Positions 10,194 to 18,559 of a stretch of DNA of 64,000 nt are shown here, piece after piece (positions within the stretch are counted from its first letter, which is position 1; each line of letters begins with the position of its first letter). Both the position numbers and the translations under genes were made by a program. A model generated the notes under the pieces. The model was not told the DNA's origin, did not search any database, and worked only from the letters and a program-made list of their open reading frames with translations. Origin of the DNA: a virus; IMG/VR virus record IMGVR_UViG_3300034105_003474, positions 80,874-144,873 of that record. One strand, given 5' to 3'.

Positions 10194-12043
10194 ACAACAC
10201 TCGCGACTATATCTTCCAACGCTGAGTCAGCCTTGAGTTTTGGTGGTTTTACAACAAGGTCTGCCAATTGTTTTGGGGTCATTGCTTGCATCTCTCTTAA
10301 GCGTGACGACGCCTTTCCGATGTCTGCCTGCATCTTTTCCATTTCTTTCAACTTTTCGGGAGACATCGCCCATTCTCCTATCAAATTACGATCTTTCAGC
10401 ATCTCGTCAAGTTGACTCAAGAGACGATTTTCCAATGAATCTGCGTCAATTTTCTTTATATCTTGGAGAACTTTTTCAGCATCCTCAACCAGTTTTGCAT
10501 GCTTCTCAACTGTCCCACCGTGGCGACTATTCAGTTCTTGACCAAGATAACCATATTGAAGACCGCCAGCAAACTTTTCTGCTGTTTCGCTGAAATCAAA
10601 AACGTTGAGAATAAAACTATGGTCAATGGGGACTGCGTCCACACCATCAGAGTTTTCAGCAAAAAGGATGTTTCCGCTATGCCTGTCACCATTAGCCATA
10701 GCAATATCCATGATTTGCATATGGAGTAGTTTGCGACTGTCCACCTTTGCCAATGTTTCAGGGGTGGCAGAGAGTATTTGTCCCTCATATGAGTTGTGAA
10801 CCAAATCGGTTACTACTCCCATGGCTGCCTGTGTCGGGGATGCTTGAACAACTCGCAAAGATGAAGATGGATACCCAAAGTCTTCTGTCATGGAAACAGC
10901 AAGAACTTCGCTCGCTGGCTCATACCATCGGGATGCTCCTCCCTTGGTCAGAGGGGCATTGCTTAACGGGGATTTTTTATCCCAAAGTTGTGTGCGTGAA
11001 GCGTATTTAACGCCCAACATTTGACCTGTAGTTCTATCACGCAAGCGGTTCATTCCAACCACTCCCCCACCAGTGCCAATAAGTTCAAACCTCTTCAGTT
11101 CCGCAATGTTCCCATCCTCGTCGTAAACATCAATATTTTCTAGGATTGCGTCAAGAACCAGAGTGTCGCTGATTTCGTTCAGTTTCCCGCCATTAGCGAT
11201 ATGTTGTGAAGCCTTTTCACCAGTATCAATGTTTTTATCCACGCTAGGTAAATCACGGGCAATGTTCCTACCGTTGGCATCAGCAACACCAATTTGTGGG
11301 TCAAAGTCTTTAGCCTTGGCAATAGCGCTGTTGCCTTTCTTGAACCCGCTAGGGGATTTGACCACGGGTGGATCAGCCTTTGGATCGTCTTTTTTATCTT
11401 TGCGACGCTTTAATGTCGCTAAGAGGAAATTCTTTGCATCAACGGTGGCGTCTCGTTTAATCTTCCCCGCTACTGCTTCCAACTGTTCTTTTTTCTTGTC
11501 AGATATTTTCCCGCGCCTATGAAGCGAGTCAGTAGCAAAGTCCAATAGTTGCGCACCGCCAGACTTCAATAAAACCATACCGAAAAGCGTAGATTGTGTC
11601 ATTGAATCTGAACCATCTGCGTACATGTAATCCATTGTTTGCAGGGCAATCATCGCCGCTGCTTTTGAACCATTTTTTACTTTTTCAGATTTGAAAATTA
11701 CCCGAGCGCCATCAATCAATTTTCCAGCCATGGAAGCCGCCCCGCGTGCTGCTGATTCAGCAGAAGGGGTGAGGCAGTTGGACATCTGCATGTCGGTGAA
11801 CTGATTTGCGTTAGGTGTACCGGGTGGGCATCGCAACTTACCCAAAGAATCAACTATCACCCCCGCAGCACGCGCCGCTCTATGACCAACAGAGGTTAAC
11901 TCTGGTCGGTCTTTTACAGTAGGTCCAAGGAAACCTTTGAACAGCAAAACATTCTCTTGAACAGCAGCAACAGATTTGCGGTATTCTGCAACTCTCTCGT
12001 TTGCGTCAAAAGCGCGAGACGATTTAATCATCGCCTCAACCAA
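10190..12043 (-). CDS. Divergent RCPxG module + PI3/PI4-kinase/HipA-like domain (617 aa)
   Basis: RCPPGTPNANQFTD..C; GTGGGVVG loop, GVKY, PASEVLA, MDIAMANGDRHSGNILF, VPIDHSF. Start codon uncertain (TTG). Confidence 0.85.
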   Translation of the reverse strand: MVEAMIKSSRAFDANERVAEYRKSVAAVQENVLLFKGFLGPTVKDRPELTSVGHRAARAAGVIVDSLGKLRCPPGTPNANQFTDMQMSNCLTPSAESAARGAASMAGKLIDGARVIFKSEKVKNGSKAAAMIALQTMDYMYADGSDSMTQSTLFGMVLLKSGGAQLLDFATDSLHRRGKISDKKKEQLEAVAGKIKRDATVDAKNFLLATLKRRKDKKDDPKADPPVVKSPSGFKKGNSAIAKAKDFDPQIGVADANGRNIARDLPSVDKNIDTGEKASQHIANGGKLNEISDTLVLDAILENIDVYDEDGNIAELKRFELIGTGGGVVGMNRLRDRTTGQMLGVKYASRTQLWDKKSPLSNAPLTKGGASRWYEPASEVLAVSMTEDFGYPSSSLRVVQASPTQAAMGVVTDLVHNSYEGQILSATPETLAKVDSRKLLHMQIMDIAMANGDRHSGNILFAENSDGVDAVPIDHSFILNVFDFSETAEKFAGGLQYGYLGQELNSRHGGTVEKHAKLVEDAEKVLQDIKKIDADSLENRLLSQLDEMLKDRNLIGEWAMSPEKLKEMEKMQADIGKASSRLREMQAMTPKQLADLVVKPPKLKADSALEDIVASVV

Positions 12044-12373
12044 CTATTTGTCGCTAGATTCTGACGCTTTGTTAAAGAAAGAAAGTGGAACAACATCATC
12101 ATCCTCTGCATCTTTTTTCTTAGAAGGCTTTTTCGTTTCCACTTTGGTTTCTTGTGCATCCTCAACAGGTTCATCAACGCTGATCTCTACTGATGCAGGT
12201 GTTTCAACTTCCAACACTGCTTCTTCAACGACAACTACTTCCTCTTTGACTTCAACCTCAACAACAGAAATCTGAACTTCAGGCGTCTCAACTACGGGCA
12301 CTTGTTCTTGTTTTGTGTCAAAAGCAAGACCAGAAGTGTTCACTGAGTCAAAAGGTTGGTTTTCTTTTTTCAT
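12044..12373 (-). CDS. Acidic low-complexity hypothetical protein
   Basis: 109-aa E/V-rich ORF, TAATG-coupled to the upstream gene. Confidence 0.7.
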   Translation of the reverse strand: MKKENQPFDSVNTSGLAFDTKQEQVPVVETPEVQISVVEVEVKEEVVVVEEAVLEVETPASVEISVDEPVEDAQETKVETKKPSKKKDAEDDDVVPLSFFNKASESSDK

Positions 12374-13851
12374 TAAATGTCGCCAAGACCTGTTTCAATT
12401 TCAAGCATTTCAAGTTCCATCAAACTGCTTAGGAACTCTTTCGCTTCGTCATCCAAAAGAGTCTTTTCTTCCGACCATTCGGCAGGAATCATGTCTTCTT
12501 TGTCAAGTTCCATTGCACGCTTCTTGATGTGTGCTTTTGCTTTTTCTTTATCTTTTGCGCGACCGTAAGACATGATTGCGTTCTTCAAGTCTTCTTCGTC
12601 CTTGATTGGGTATGAGCCGTCTGGCAAAGCCATTCCGCCCTTAGCCATTTCGTCACGCTCATCTTCGCTGTACATTGCCTTAAGGGCAACATCGGCTACT
12701 TCTGCATCAATGTCTGCGGCTTCTTCAGGATCGTATTCATCAAATCCGAGGATTTCACCGTCAACACCAACATAAACATCGTATGACTTTCCGTCTACGC
12801 CTTCAATTTCTACAGCGTAAGCGTCGTAACCATCAAACATATCTGCGTCTACAGAAACAACTTCGCCTTCAATTGACTTGGTTGCAATATCTGAAGCCTC
12901 ACTGAACGAGATTACTTTTTGTCCGGGTACGGTTGCTACTTCACCGATCAAATCTTCATTCAAAAGGTGCCAGCCCATGCACTCGCCTGACGAACCGTCA
13001 AAGTAAGCCTCAACTGGCTTTCCATCTTTGCGTTGAACATCAACAACAAAAACATCAACTTCGTCCGCGTAGCCAGAGTCAAGAACTTTTCCTGCGAACA
13101 TGCTCTCTGCCATTCCTTCAATTTCAAGAAGACTTGGCATTGTGTCTTGTTGTTCACATCCACCTGGGCATGATGCACAGATTTCTGAACCACCCGCATA
13201 GACGCGACGCTCAATGGCGCAAACAAAAGCAAGATCGTCGTAGTCAGCAGACTTGACACCCATTGTTTCCATGCGCTTAGCGCGAGCCTTCTTGCGTTGC
13301 TCCATCATCTTTTCAATCTCGCTGTACATCTTCTCTTCTTCATCATCAAGATCTTCAGGCATGTCTTCTTCGTCGTCTTCTTCTTCCATATCCACGACTT
13401 CAGTAGGCTTCTTTTTCTTTTTTGCAGGAGCAGGGGTCATTCCCTCTTCCATCATTGCGAGATCTTCTTCCATCTTTGCTCCCTTTTCGTCTGAAGCGGT
13501 AACCCACTCAGATTTTTCGGTTGCTACTTCTGGTGCTGCGTCAGCAGGTACGGCTTCTTCCGTTTGCGTGACAGCCTTCGCTCCACACTTGCCACAAACT
13601 TTTGCGCCGGGCTTGTAGCCACATTCTGTTAACTCCAAACCTTTGGCGCATTCAATTCCGCCGTCTGCAAGAAGTTTTACTGTTGGTGTTTCGCTAGCCA
13701 TGTTCGTGGACTCCTTGTAGTGCATTGTTTTTGCAATACACTTTGTTGGATTAGAGCAAACAGAGCATGGCGTCAAGCGTTTATCGCCTGACATCAGACA
13801 CTGATATTTTGCTGTTTTTTGTGGTAAACCTGTTATTGAAGTATAACCCAT
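12373..13851 (-). CDS. Acidic protein with Cys4 clusters, two PepSY-like repeats and a C-terminal LPDGSYPI helical module
   Basis: Three CxxC-containing clusters; ISFSEASDIATKSIEGEVVSVD..YAVEIEGVDGKSYDVYVGVDGEIL is PepSY-like; MALPDGSYPI..AKAHIKKRA module of phage head genes. An alternative start at 13701 has an AAGGAG SD. Confidence 0.7.
   Translation of the reverse strand: MGYTSITGLPQKTAKYQCLMSGDKRLTPCSVCSNPTKCIAKTMHYKESTNMASETPTVKLLADGGIECAKGLELTECGYKPGAKVCGKCGAKAVTQTEEAVPADAAPEVATEKSEWVTASDEKGAKMEEDLAMMEEGMTPAPAKKKKKPTEVVDMEEEDDEEDMPEDLDDEEEKMYSEIEKMMEQRKKARAKRMETMGVKSADYDDLAFVCAIERRVYAGGSEICASCPGGCEQQDTMPSLLEIEGMAESMFAGKVLDSGYADEVDVFVVDVQRKDGKPVEAYFDGSSGECMGWHLLNEDLIGEVATVPGQKVISFSEASDIATKSIEGEVVSVDADMFDGYDAYAVEIEGVDGKSYDVYVGVDGEILGFDEYDPEEAADIDAEVADVALKAMYSEDERDEMAKGGMALPDGSYPIKDEEDLKNAIMSYGRAKDKEKAKAHIKKRAMELDKEDMIPAEWSEEKTLLDDEAKEFLSSLMELEMLEIETGLGDI
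13839..13849 (-). promoter_or_regulatory. Candidate promoter element GGGTTATACTT (copy 2)
   Basis: Identical 11-mer at 16075-16085; contains a TATACT -10-like hexamer. Confidence 0.4.
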
Positions 13852-13905
13852 ATTAGTGTTTTGTTTTTGTTACAAATGGAACAGTCTTAAAAACCGTTTT
13901 TTTAT

Positions 13906-16008
13906 TTACATTGAGTCCATGATGTTGAGCAACGCATCAAATGCTTCGTCCTCTACACCATCAATCTCAACCATCACTCCGTCCTCGGTGACTTCTGATT
14001 TGATTTGATAATAATCCAGAATTGGATCCAAAAGTTCTTTGACTTCGTACAGTGATCGTTCAGCAGAAGAAACCATGAGAGTTTCTTTCTCATCCAAGGA
14101 CAATGACTTAGCCTCAATCTCTGAAGCCACACCACCTGAACTCAACACTTCCTTGAGAAGGTTGAAAGCGTTCTGTAGTTTTGTCATATTCCGTGAACTG
14201 ATAACCCGTCCTGCTTTGACTTCAATGTCTTCATCGGCGTCTTTGCCCATGAGTTCAGCAATAGCCGCCATCAGCATGCCCATCATCTGCTTAGGGTCTT
14301 TGCCTCCGCCACCGCAACCACAGTCATCATCGTCGTCAGAGTCTTTGTAGTAAGGCATTTCCATAACTCCGCCGTTATCGTCATCGCCTTCCATGACCCA
14401 GTTTTTCTTATCTGCCATGTAGTTGATGAAGTCAGGCTCATCATTCATGAATTGCTTCAGAGCCTCATAAGCCTTTTCGTTGCCCTCGTCTTCGTTCTCA
14501 AACTCAACATCTTCCATTTTCATGGTTTCTTCTGTTTCATCTGATTCAGCCAAACGGTCAGCCATAGCCTCCATCATTTCGTAACCCTTTTCCTCAGAGT
14601 CAAGGAAGTCAAATATTGACTTGATTTCTTCTTCAGTCATGGTTTCAAGCGATTTGCCGGGCTTGAGTACTCCCCTAAGACGGTTATTGAATTCGTCGTC
14701 GTCCCAGTTCAACTTGCGTAGTTTGCCACGACAGTTCTTCATGCCCGGATGATGGCATCCTTCGTTCGGCCAGAGACCAGTTGTTTCATGGTGAAGCCAA
14801 GCGCAAATATTACTCAACGGGTAAAGTTCAGGGTGGTTGGCGAGAATCACACGGCAACGGCGGAATCCGCCCGGCTTGCGCATGATTGGGCGCCAGTAGC
14901 GGAGCAGTTTTTCAAGGTTTCCACGACGAGGACCGTATCCACGGGTACGGGCAGTAACAATTTCTTGAGGAATGATACCGCCAAGTGGGTCAGCCTTTTC
15001 AGGTGACTTTGGTTTTACGCCTGCTGGTACCTGTGGATCTGCATCAAGGTTGTATCGGTCTTCGTACCTGCGCTCAGCGTCAGAACCGCTTGGCTTGTCT
15101 CCATCAACATTGATGTAAACAACCTGTGGCTTGACCCTTGTGGCTTCGCCGATCATAAATTGTCCATCTTCGTAATGATACGAAACGCGCATCGTGATGA
15201 TGCCTTGACCTTCTACACGGTGGTCAAATATCGCGCTATTTGCATCTGATTCACGAATCCGTACTGCGCCACCAAACTTCTTCGCTAATGCAAGTGGGAG
15301 GTTGGCTTCACGACTGCGGTTTGGCATAGGTGCATCAATTGCGTCATCGTCTTGTTCTGGCTTTGCTTCTACTTGTGGCTTGTTGCGTTGCATATTGCTT
15401 GCCATGAAGCGTGCAAGAAGCGAACGACCCGCTTCAGTAATGTTGCCATTTTCTTCTCGCATGTAACCTTTTTCGTCGTTGCCTTCAAACGACTTGATGG
15501 AAATCGTTCCCGTAAGTTGGTTTGCGCCATGAAGAACAGGGCTTGCTTCGTATAGTTCTACCTTCTTCAATACGTTTGCTTGGCGCTGTGGGTCAAAATC
15601 GGCATCAAGGGTTTTGTAGCCAATTGACCACTCTTGCTCTTCTCCGAAGAAAGCAACATCGGCAAAAGCCTGACGACCGCGTTCTGATTTCAGATTGAAC
15701 TGAACTTTGGCGTATAGACCGCCAATACCAGCGGCACGCATCTTCATTGGAAGTCGTGGATCCGATGGTGGAACTTCGTACATTTCAAGAACTTTGCCAA
15801 TTGGCTCATTCCAGTTGTGACCCCAAACAACACGGGGTTTGCGCCTCTTAAGGCTGTCTGTGAAAGCGCCCGGAACGATGATGTCGCCGACACTGTCCTT
15901 GTTGCCGATTCCTGCAACGAAACATTCAACTACGCCTTGCGCTTCGTCAATGTTGAACTGACCTTGTAGCGCCTTGTATTGCTGTGTTTCGGTCATCGTC
16001 GTAGACAT
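13906..16008 (-). CDS. HK97-family prohead protease with long C-terminal extension (700 aa)
   Basis: GNKDSVGDIIVPGAF, WGHNWNEPIGK (His), WSIGY (Ser), VELYEASPVLHGAN; directly downstream of portal. Confidence 0.92.
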   Translation of the reverse strand: MSTTMTETQQYKALQGQFNIDEAQGVVECFVAGIGNKDSVGDIIVPGAFTDSLKRRKPRVVWGHNWNEPIGKVLEMYEVPPSDPRLPMKMRAAGIGGLYAKVQFNLKSERGRQAFADVAFFGEEQEWSIGYKTLDADFDPQRQANVLKKVELYEASPVLHGANQLTGTISIKSFEGNDEKGYMREENGNITEAGRSLLARFMASNMQRNKPQVEAKPEQDDDAIDAPMPNRSREANLPLALAKKFGGAVRIRESDANSAIFDHRVEGQGIITMRVSYHYEDGQFMIGEATRVKPQVVYINVDGDKPSGSDAERRYEDRYNLDADPQVPAGVKPKSPEKADPLGGIIPQEIVTARTRGYGPRRGNLEKLLRYWRPIMRKPGGFRRCRVILANHPELYPLSNICAWLHHETTGLWPNEGCHHPGMKNCRGKLRKLNWDDDEFNNRLRGVLKPGKSLETMTEEEIKSIFDFLDSEEKGYEMMEAMADRLAESDETEETMKMEDVEFENEDEGNEKAYEALKQFMNDEPDFINYMADKKNWVMEGDDDNGGVMEMPYYKDSDDDDDCGCGGGGKDPKQMMGMLMAAIAELMGKDADEDIEVKAGRVISSRNMTKLQNAFNLLKEVLSSGGVASEIEAKSLSLDEKETLMVSSAERSLYEVKELLDPILDYYQIKSEVTEDGVMVEIDGVEDEAFDALLNIMDSM

Positions 16009-16074
16009 GGTTCTCCAATTAAAAGTTGTTTATTAAACAATAAACTATTTGGAGTCCCAAAACGGGAACACTTT

Positions 16075-16085
16075 AAGTATAACCC
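16075..16085 (-). promoter_or_regulatory. Candidate promoter element GGGTTATACTT upstream of the protease
   Basis: Intergenic, TATACT hexamer, repeated at 13839-13849. Confidence 0.45.
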
Positions 16086-16104
16086 CTGTGTTTTACTGAA
16101 AATA

Positions 16105-18309
16105 CTATTCAGTGAAACCAAAACGCAAACGACAACGACAATTGAAAGTCAATGCAGGCGGAGCAACTGGATCACCGGGAAAGCGCAATGCAAGACCATC
16201 AACGATGAACCCGTCACCAAACTCAACGGTTTTGCCTTCAAGGAATTTATGTGCATTACGCACACGCGAGTCCTTACGGGTGATCCAGGTTTTTGTCATA
16301 CCAACATTGTTTTCTTTGCCAGCCAAGAAGACACCGCCGTTGTATGAAGCCTGAGCCTCATGTTCAGCAATATCCCTGCGACGCTTGGAAATTAGTTTCA
16401 AGAAAATGGCGATCAAAGCCAAGCGCAAAAGCACCGAACGCTCTTCTTCATCTTCTTCCATCAGCGCAATGGCTATCGCTGCTGAAATTTCTTCTGCCGT
16501 TGTGGTGTTTGCCTGTTGCATACGCTCTATTTGTTGCTGAGCAAGTTTCTCAACCTCTTGTGGCTCCATCACTACATTGCTACTAGTGCGTGAAGCGACA
16601 TACTCTTTGGCATCAGTGTAGATAGCCAAAATGATTGGCTCTAGATCTTCTGCTAGTTGCTTGTCCCAAATCTCGCGATCAAAAATCATGTCAACTGTTA
16701 GCACACCGCTAGATATTGACTTGATTCCTCGTTTGCCAAAAGCCTTCTCCAAAACGACTCGCTGTTGGCGTTCAAAGATTCTCTCAAGGGCACGGTCAAG
16801 TATTTCCGTCCATCGCTCTGTGTCTGTGTCGGCTTTTGTTTCTAGTTCTTGCACAAACTTCAGTTGCATTTCATGCTGAATCTTCTCAAATTCAGATAGT
16901 TGCTGATCAGGAGTGAGTGATGCTGTTTCCGTTGCTTGAGCAGGCATGTCAGGCGCTGGAACTGGTGTTGGTGGTGCAGGAACAGGCATCTCCATCGCAC
17001 CTTCTTGTGGAGGTAGACCCGGAGGCGCAGCGTTTGGATCAACACCCGCCATGTCAACTGGCTGTTGTTCTTCGGGCTTAAACGGCTTCTCCGTGTTCGC
17101 AATTGGCGTGAGGTTCGGGTTGGAAAGCAAACTGTCAGCAAGTTCAGAATCAACTTTTTTGCGACCAGTAGCAGTACGGTACTCGTTCAGACTGATTAGA
17201 CCCTGTTGGAACTCGTCCATCACATATCGTTCGCGTTCTTGTTTTGCAAGAATTAGAATTGGAATGTCTTCGGTGTCAAAGTCAACATAGTATTTATCGT
17301 CAAGTTCATCAAGTGCTCGCGCCAATGTGTGAAGGTGTGGAGCCATTGTCTCCATCCAAAAAACACGGAGTTCTTCGGAAGCATTAGAGAAAGTTCTTCC
17401 CGAAGCGTTACCGATTACAGATTCAGGAACACCAAAGGCGGCGAAGATTTCATTTTTCTGAATTTCACGCATCTGTGTGTAAGCCGCATCTCGTGGTGAA
17501 GCAGATGTGTCCACATAGTCAACACCAGCCTCAGAAGCAATCACTGTTGTTGATCCTGTTCGCGAAATGTTGCCACGGAACCTATTCTTCAACTCTTGCT
17601 TGTCATCATCTTCCATGTCGCCTCTAACAACGAGTAGACCGCCCGGGCGTCCGTCGTTGATGAGATAGTTGCGGTTATAAAGTTTTGACAGGTTCTCTAA
17701 TTCAATAGCGATACCAGCGGACTCCATTGGCGTCATTGACAGATATGGATCAAGTGGATGTGGTCTGCGAATCCAACACACGTCTTCAGGCTTTAGAACA
17801 AACTTTGTTCCGTTGCGCATGTCAACTTCAAAACCTTGCACGAACTTCTTTGAATCAGGAATCGGTGCCGTGTACTGTGGCGGGAGAAGTTGTAGGGCGA
17901 TTATTTTTCCGTCTCGCGAACGAACTTTCTCAATGAATACGCCTCTGGTACTCATCAAGAGTTGCGCAGAAATTCGGTACCTGAAAGCAAACGAATTTTC
18001 TCCGTCATTTGATTTAGAGTTAAAAATCTCTAGTAGAGGCTTGTTGTCTTTGGTTTGCTCGCCTCGCTGGTCGTTGCCTTTGCGAAGTATGACGGGGAGT
18101 CGTGCTTGGTTTCCTGCGATTGCATCTATGCATCGGAACACCCAAGTAACTTTTTGCATTCCTTCTCGGTATGCACGATCAATGTCCCAACCATCTTTGT
18201 ATGGTTTCCCAACTCGTCCCATGTCAAAGGCAATAGGCGCACCGGGGTTAGACATTGCCTTTTCGGCGCTGTTTCTGAGATCTTTATTATTTTCGCTATT
18301 CCAAGCCAT
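16105..18309 (-). CDS. HK97-type portal protein fused to a C-terminal MuF (gpF/SPP1 gp7-like) domain
   Basis: WVFRCIDAIA, NDGRPGGLL, IFAAFGVPESVIG portal motifs; C-terminal KTWITRKDSRVRNAH..FPGDP..FNCRC MuF signature. Confidence 0.93.
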   Translation of the reverse strand: MAWNSENNKDLRNSAEKAMSNPGAPIAFDMGRVGKPYKDGWDIDRAYREGMQKVTWVFRCIDAIAGNQARLPVILRKGNDQRGEQTKDNKPLLEIFNSKSNDGENSFAFRYRISAQLLMSTRGVFIEKVRSRDGKIIALQLLPPQYTAPIPDSKKFVQGFEVDMRNGTKFVLKPEDVCWIRRPHPLDPYLSMTPMESAGIAIELENLSKLYNRNYLINDGRPGGLLVVRGDMEDDDKQELKNRFRGNISRTGSTTVIASEAGVDYVDTSASPRDAAYTQMREIQKNEIFAAFGVPESVIGNASGRTFSNASEELRVFWMETMAPHLHTLARALDELDDKYYVDFDTEDIPILILAKQERERYVMDEFQQGLISLNEYRTATGRKKVDSELADSLLSNPNLTPIANTEKPFKPEEQQPVDMAGVDPNAAPPGLPPQEGAMEMPVPAPPTPVPAPDMPAQATETASLTPDQQLSEFEKIQHEMQLKFVQELETKADTDTERWTEILDRALERIFERQQRVVLEKAFGKRGIKSISSGVLTVDMIFDREIWDKQLAEDLEPIILAIYTDAKEYVASRTSSNVVMEPQEVEKLAQQQIERMQQANTTTAEEISAAIAIALMEEDEEERSVLLRLALIAIFLKLISKRRRDIAEHEAQASYNGGVFLAGKENNVGMTKTWITRKDSRVRNAHKFLEGKTVEFGDGFIVDGLALRFPGDPVAPPALTFNCRCRLRFGFTE

Positions 18310-18485
18310 TATTCAGATCCCAACAAGTAACCATAGATTCCGCAGGTTACTCCGAGGGCGATTAAGCCCGCTGGTAGGAAAATGAGACCCGTACCTATTG
18401 AAATTCCTGCGACGAATAAAACCATCAAACAGTTTGCAAGGTTGCGGCGCGTGAGTAAAGAATGTAATTTTCGTAAAATGTTCAT
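18309..18485 (-). CDS. Small membrane protein upstream of portal (58 aa)
   Basis: MNILRKLHSLLTRRNLANCLMVLFVAGISIGTGLIFLPAGLIALGVTCGIYGYLLGSE*; two hydrophobic helices; TAATG coupling to the portal start; below the ORF-track cutoff. Confidence 0.75.
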   Translation of the reverse strand: MNILRKLHSLLTRRNLANCLMVLFVAGISIGTGLIFLPAGLIALGVTCGIYGYLLGSE

Positions 18486-18559
18486 TTAGACCGTCACCTT
18501 AGCAAATGAAAGACCTATGCAATACTACAGTATGTATCTAACTATTTTTACGAGGACTA

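Noticed and set aside
2200-12043. Classical HipBA toxin-antitoxin modules
   Set aside because: No adjacent HTH antitoxin, partners are downstream, and the catalytic motif is DRHxGN rather than HipA DxHxKN.
16025-16070. Intrinsic terminator from short inverted repeats (GTTTATT/AATAAAC; TCCC/GGGA)
   Set aside because: Stems are weak or AT-rich and lack a convincing U-tract.
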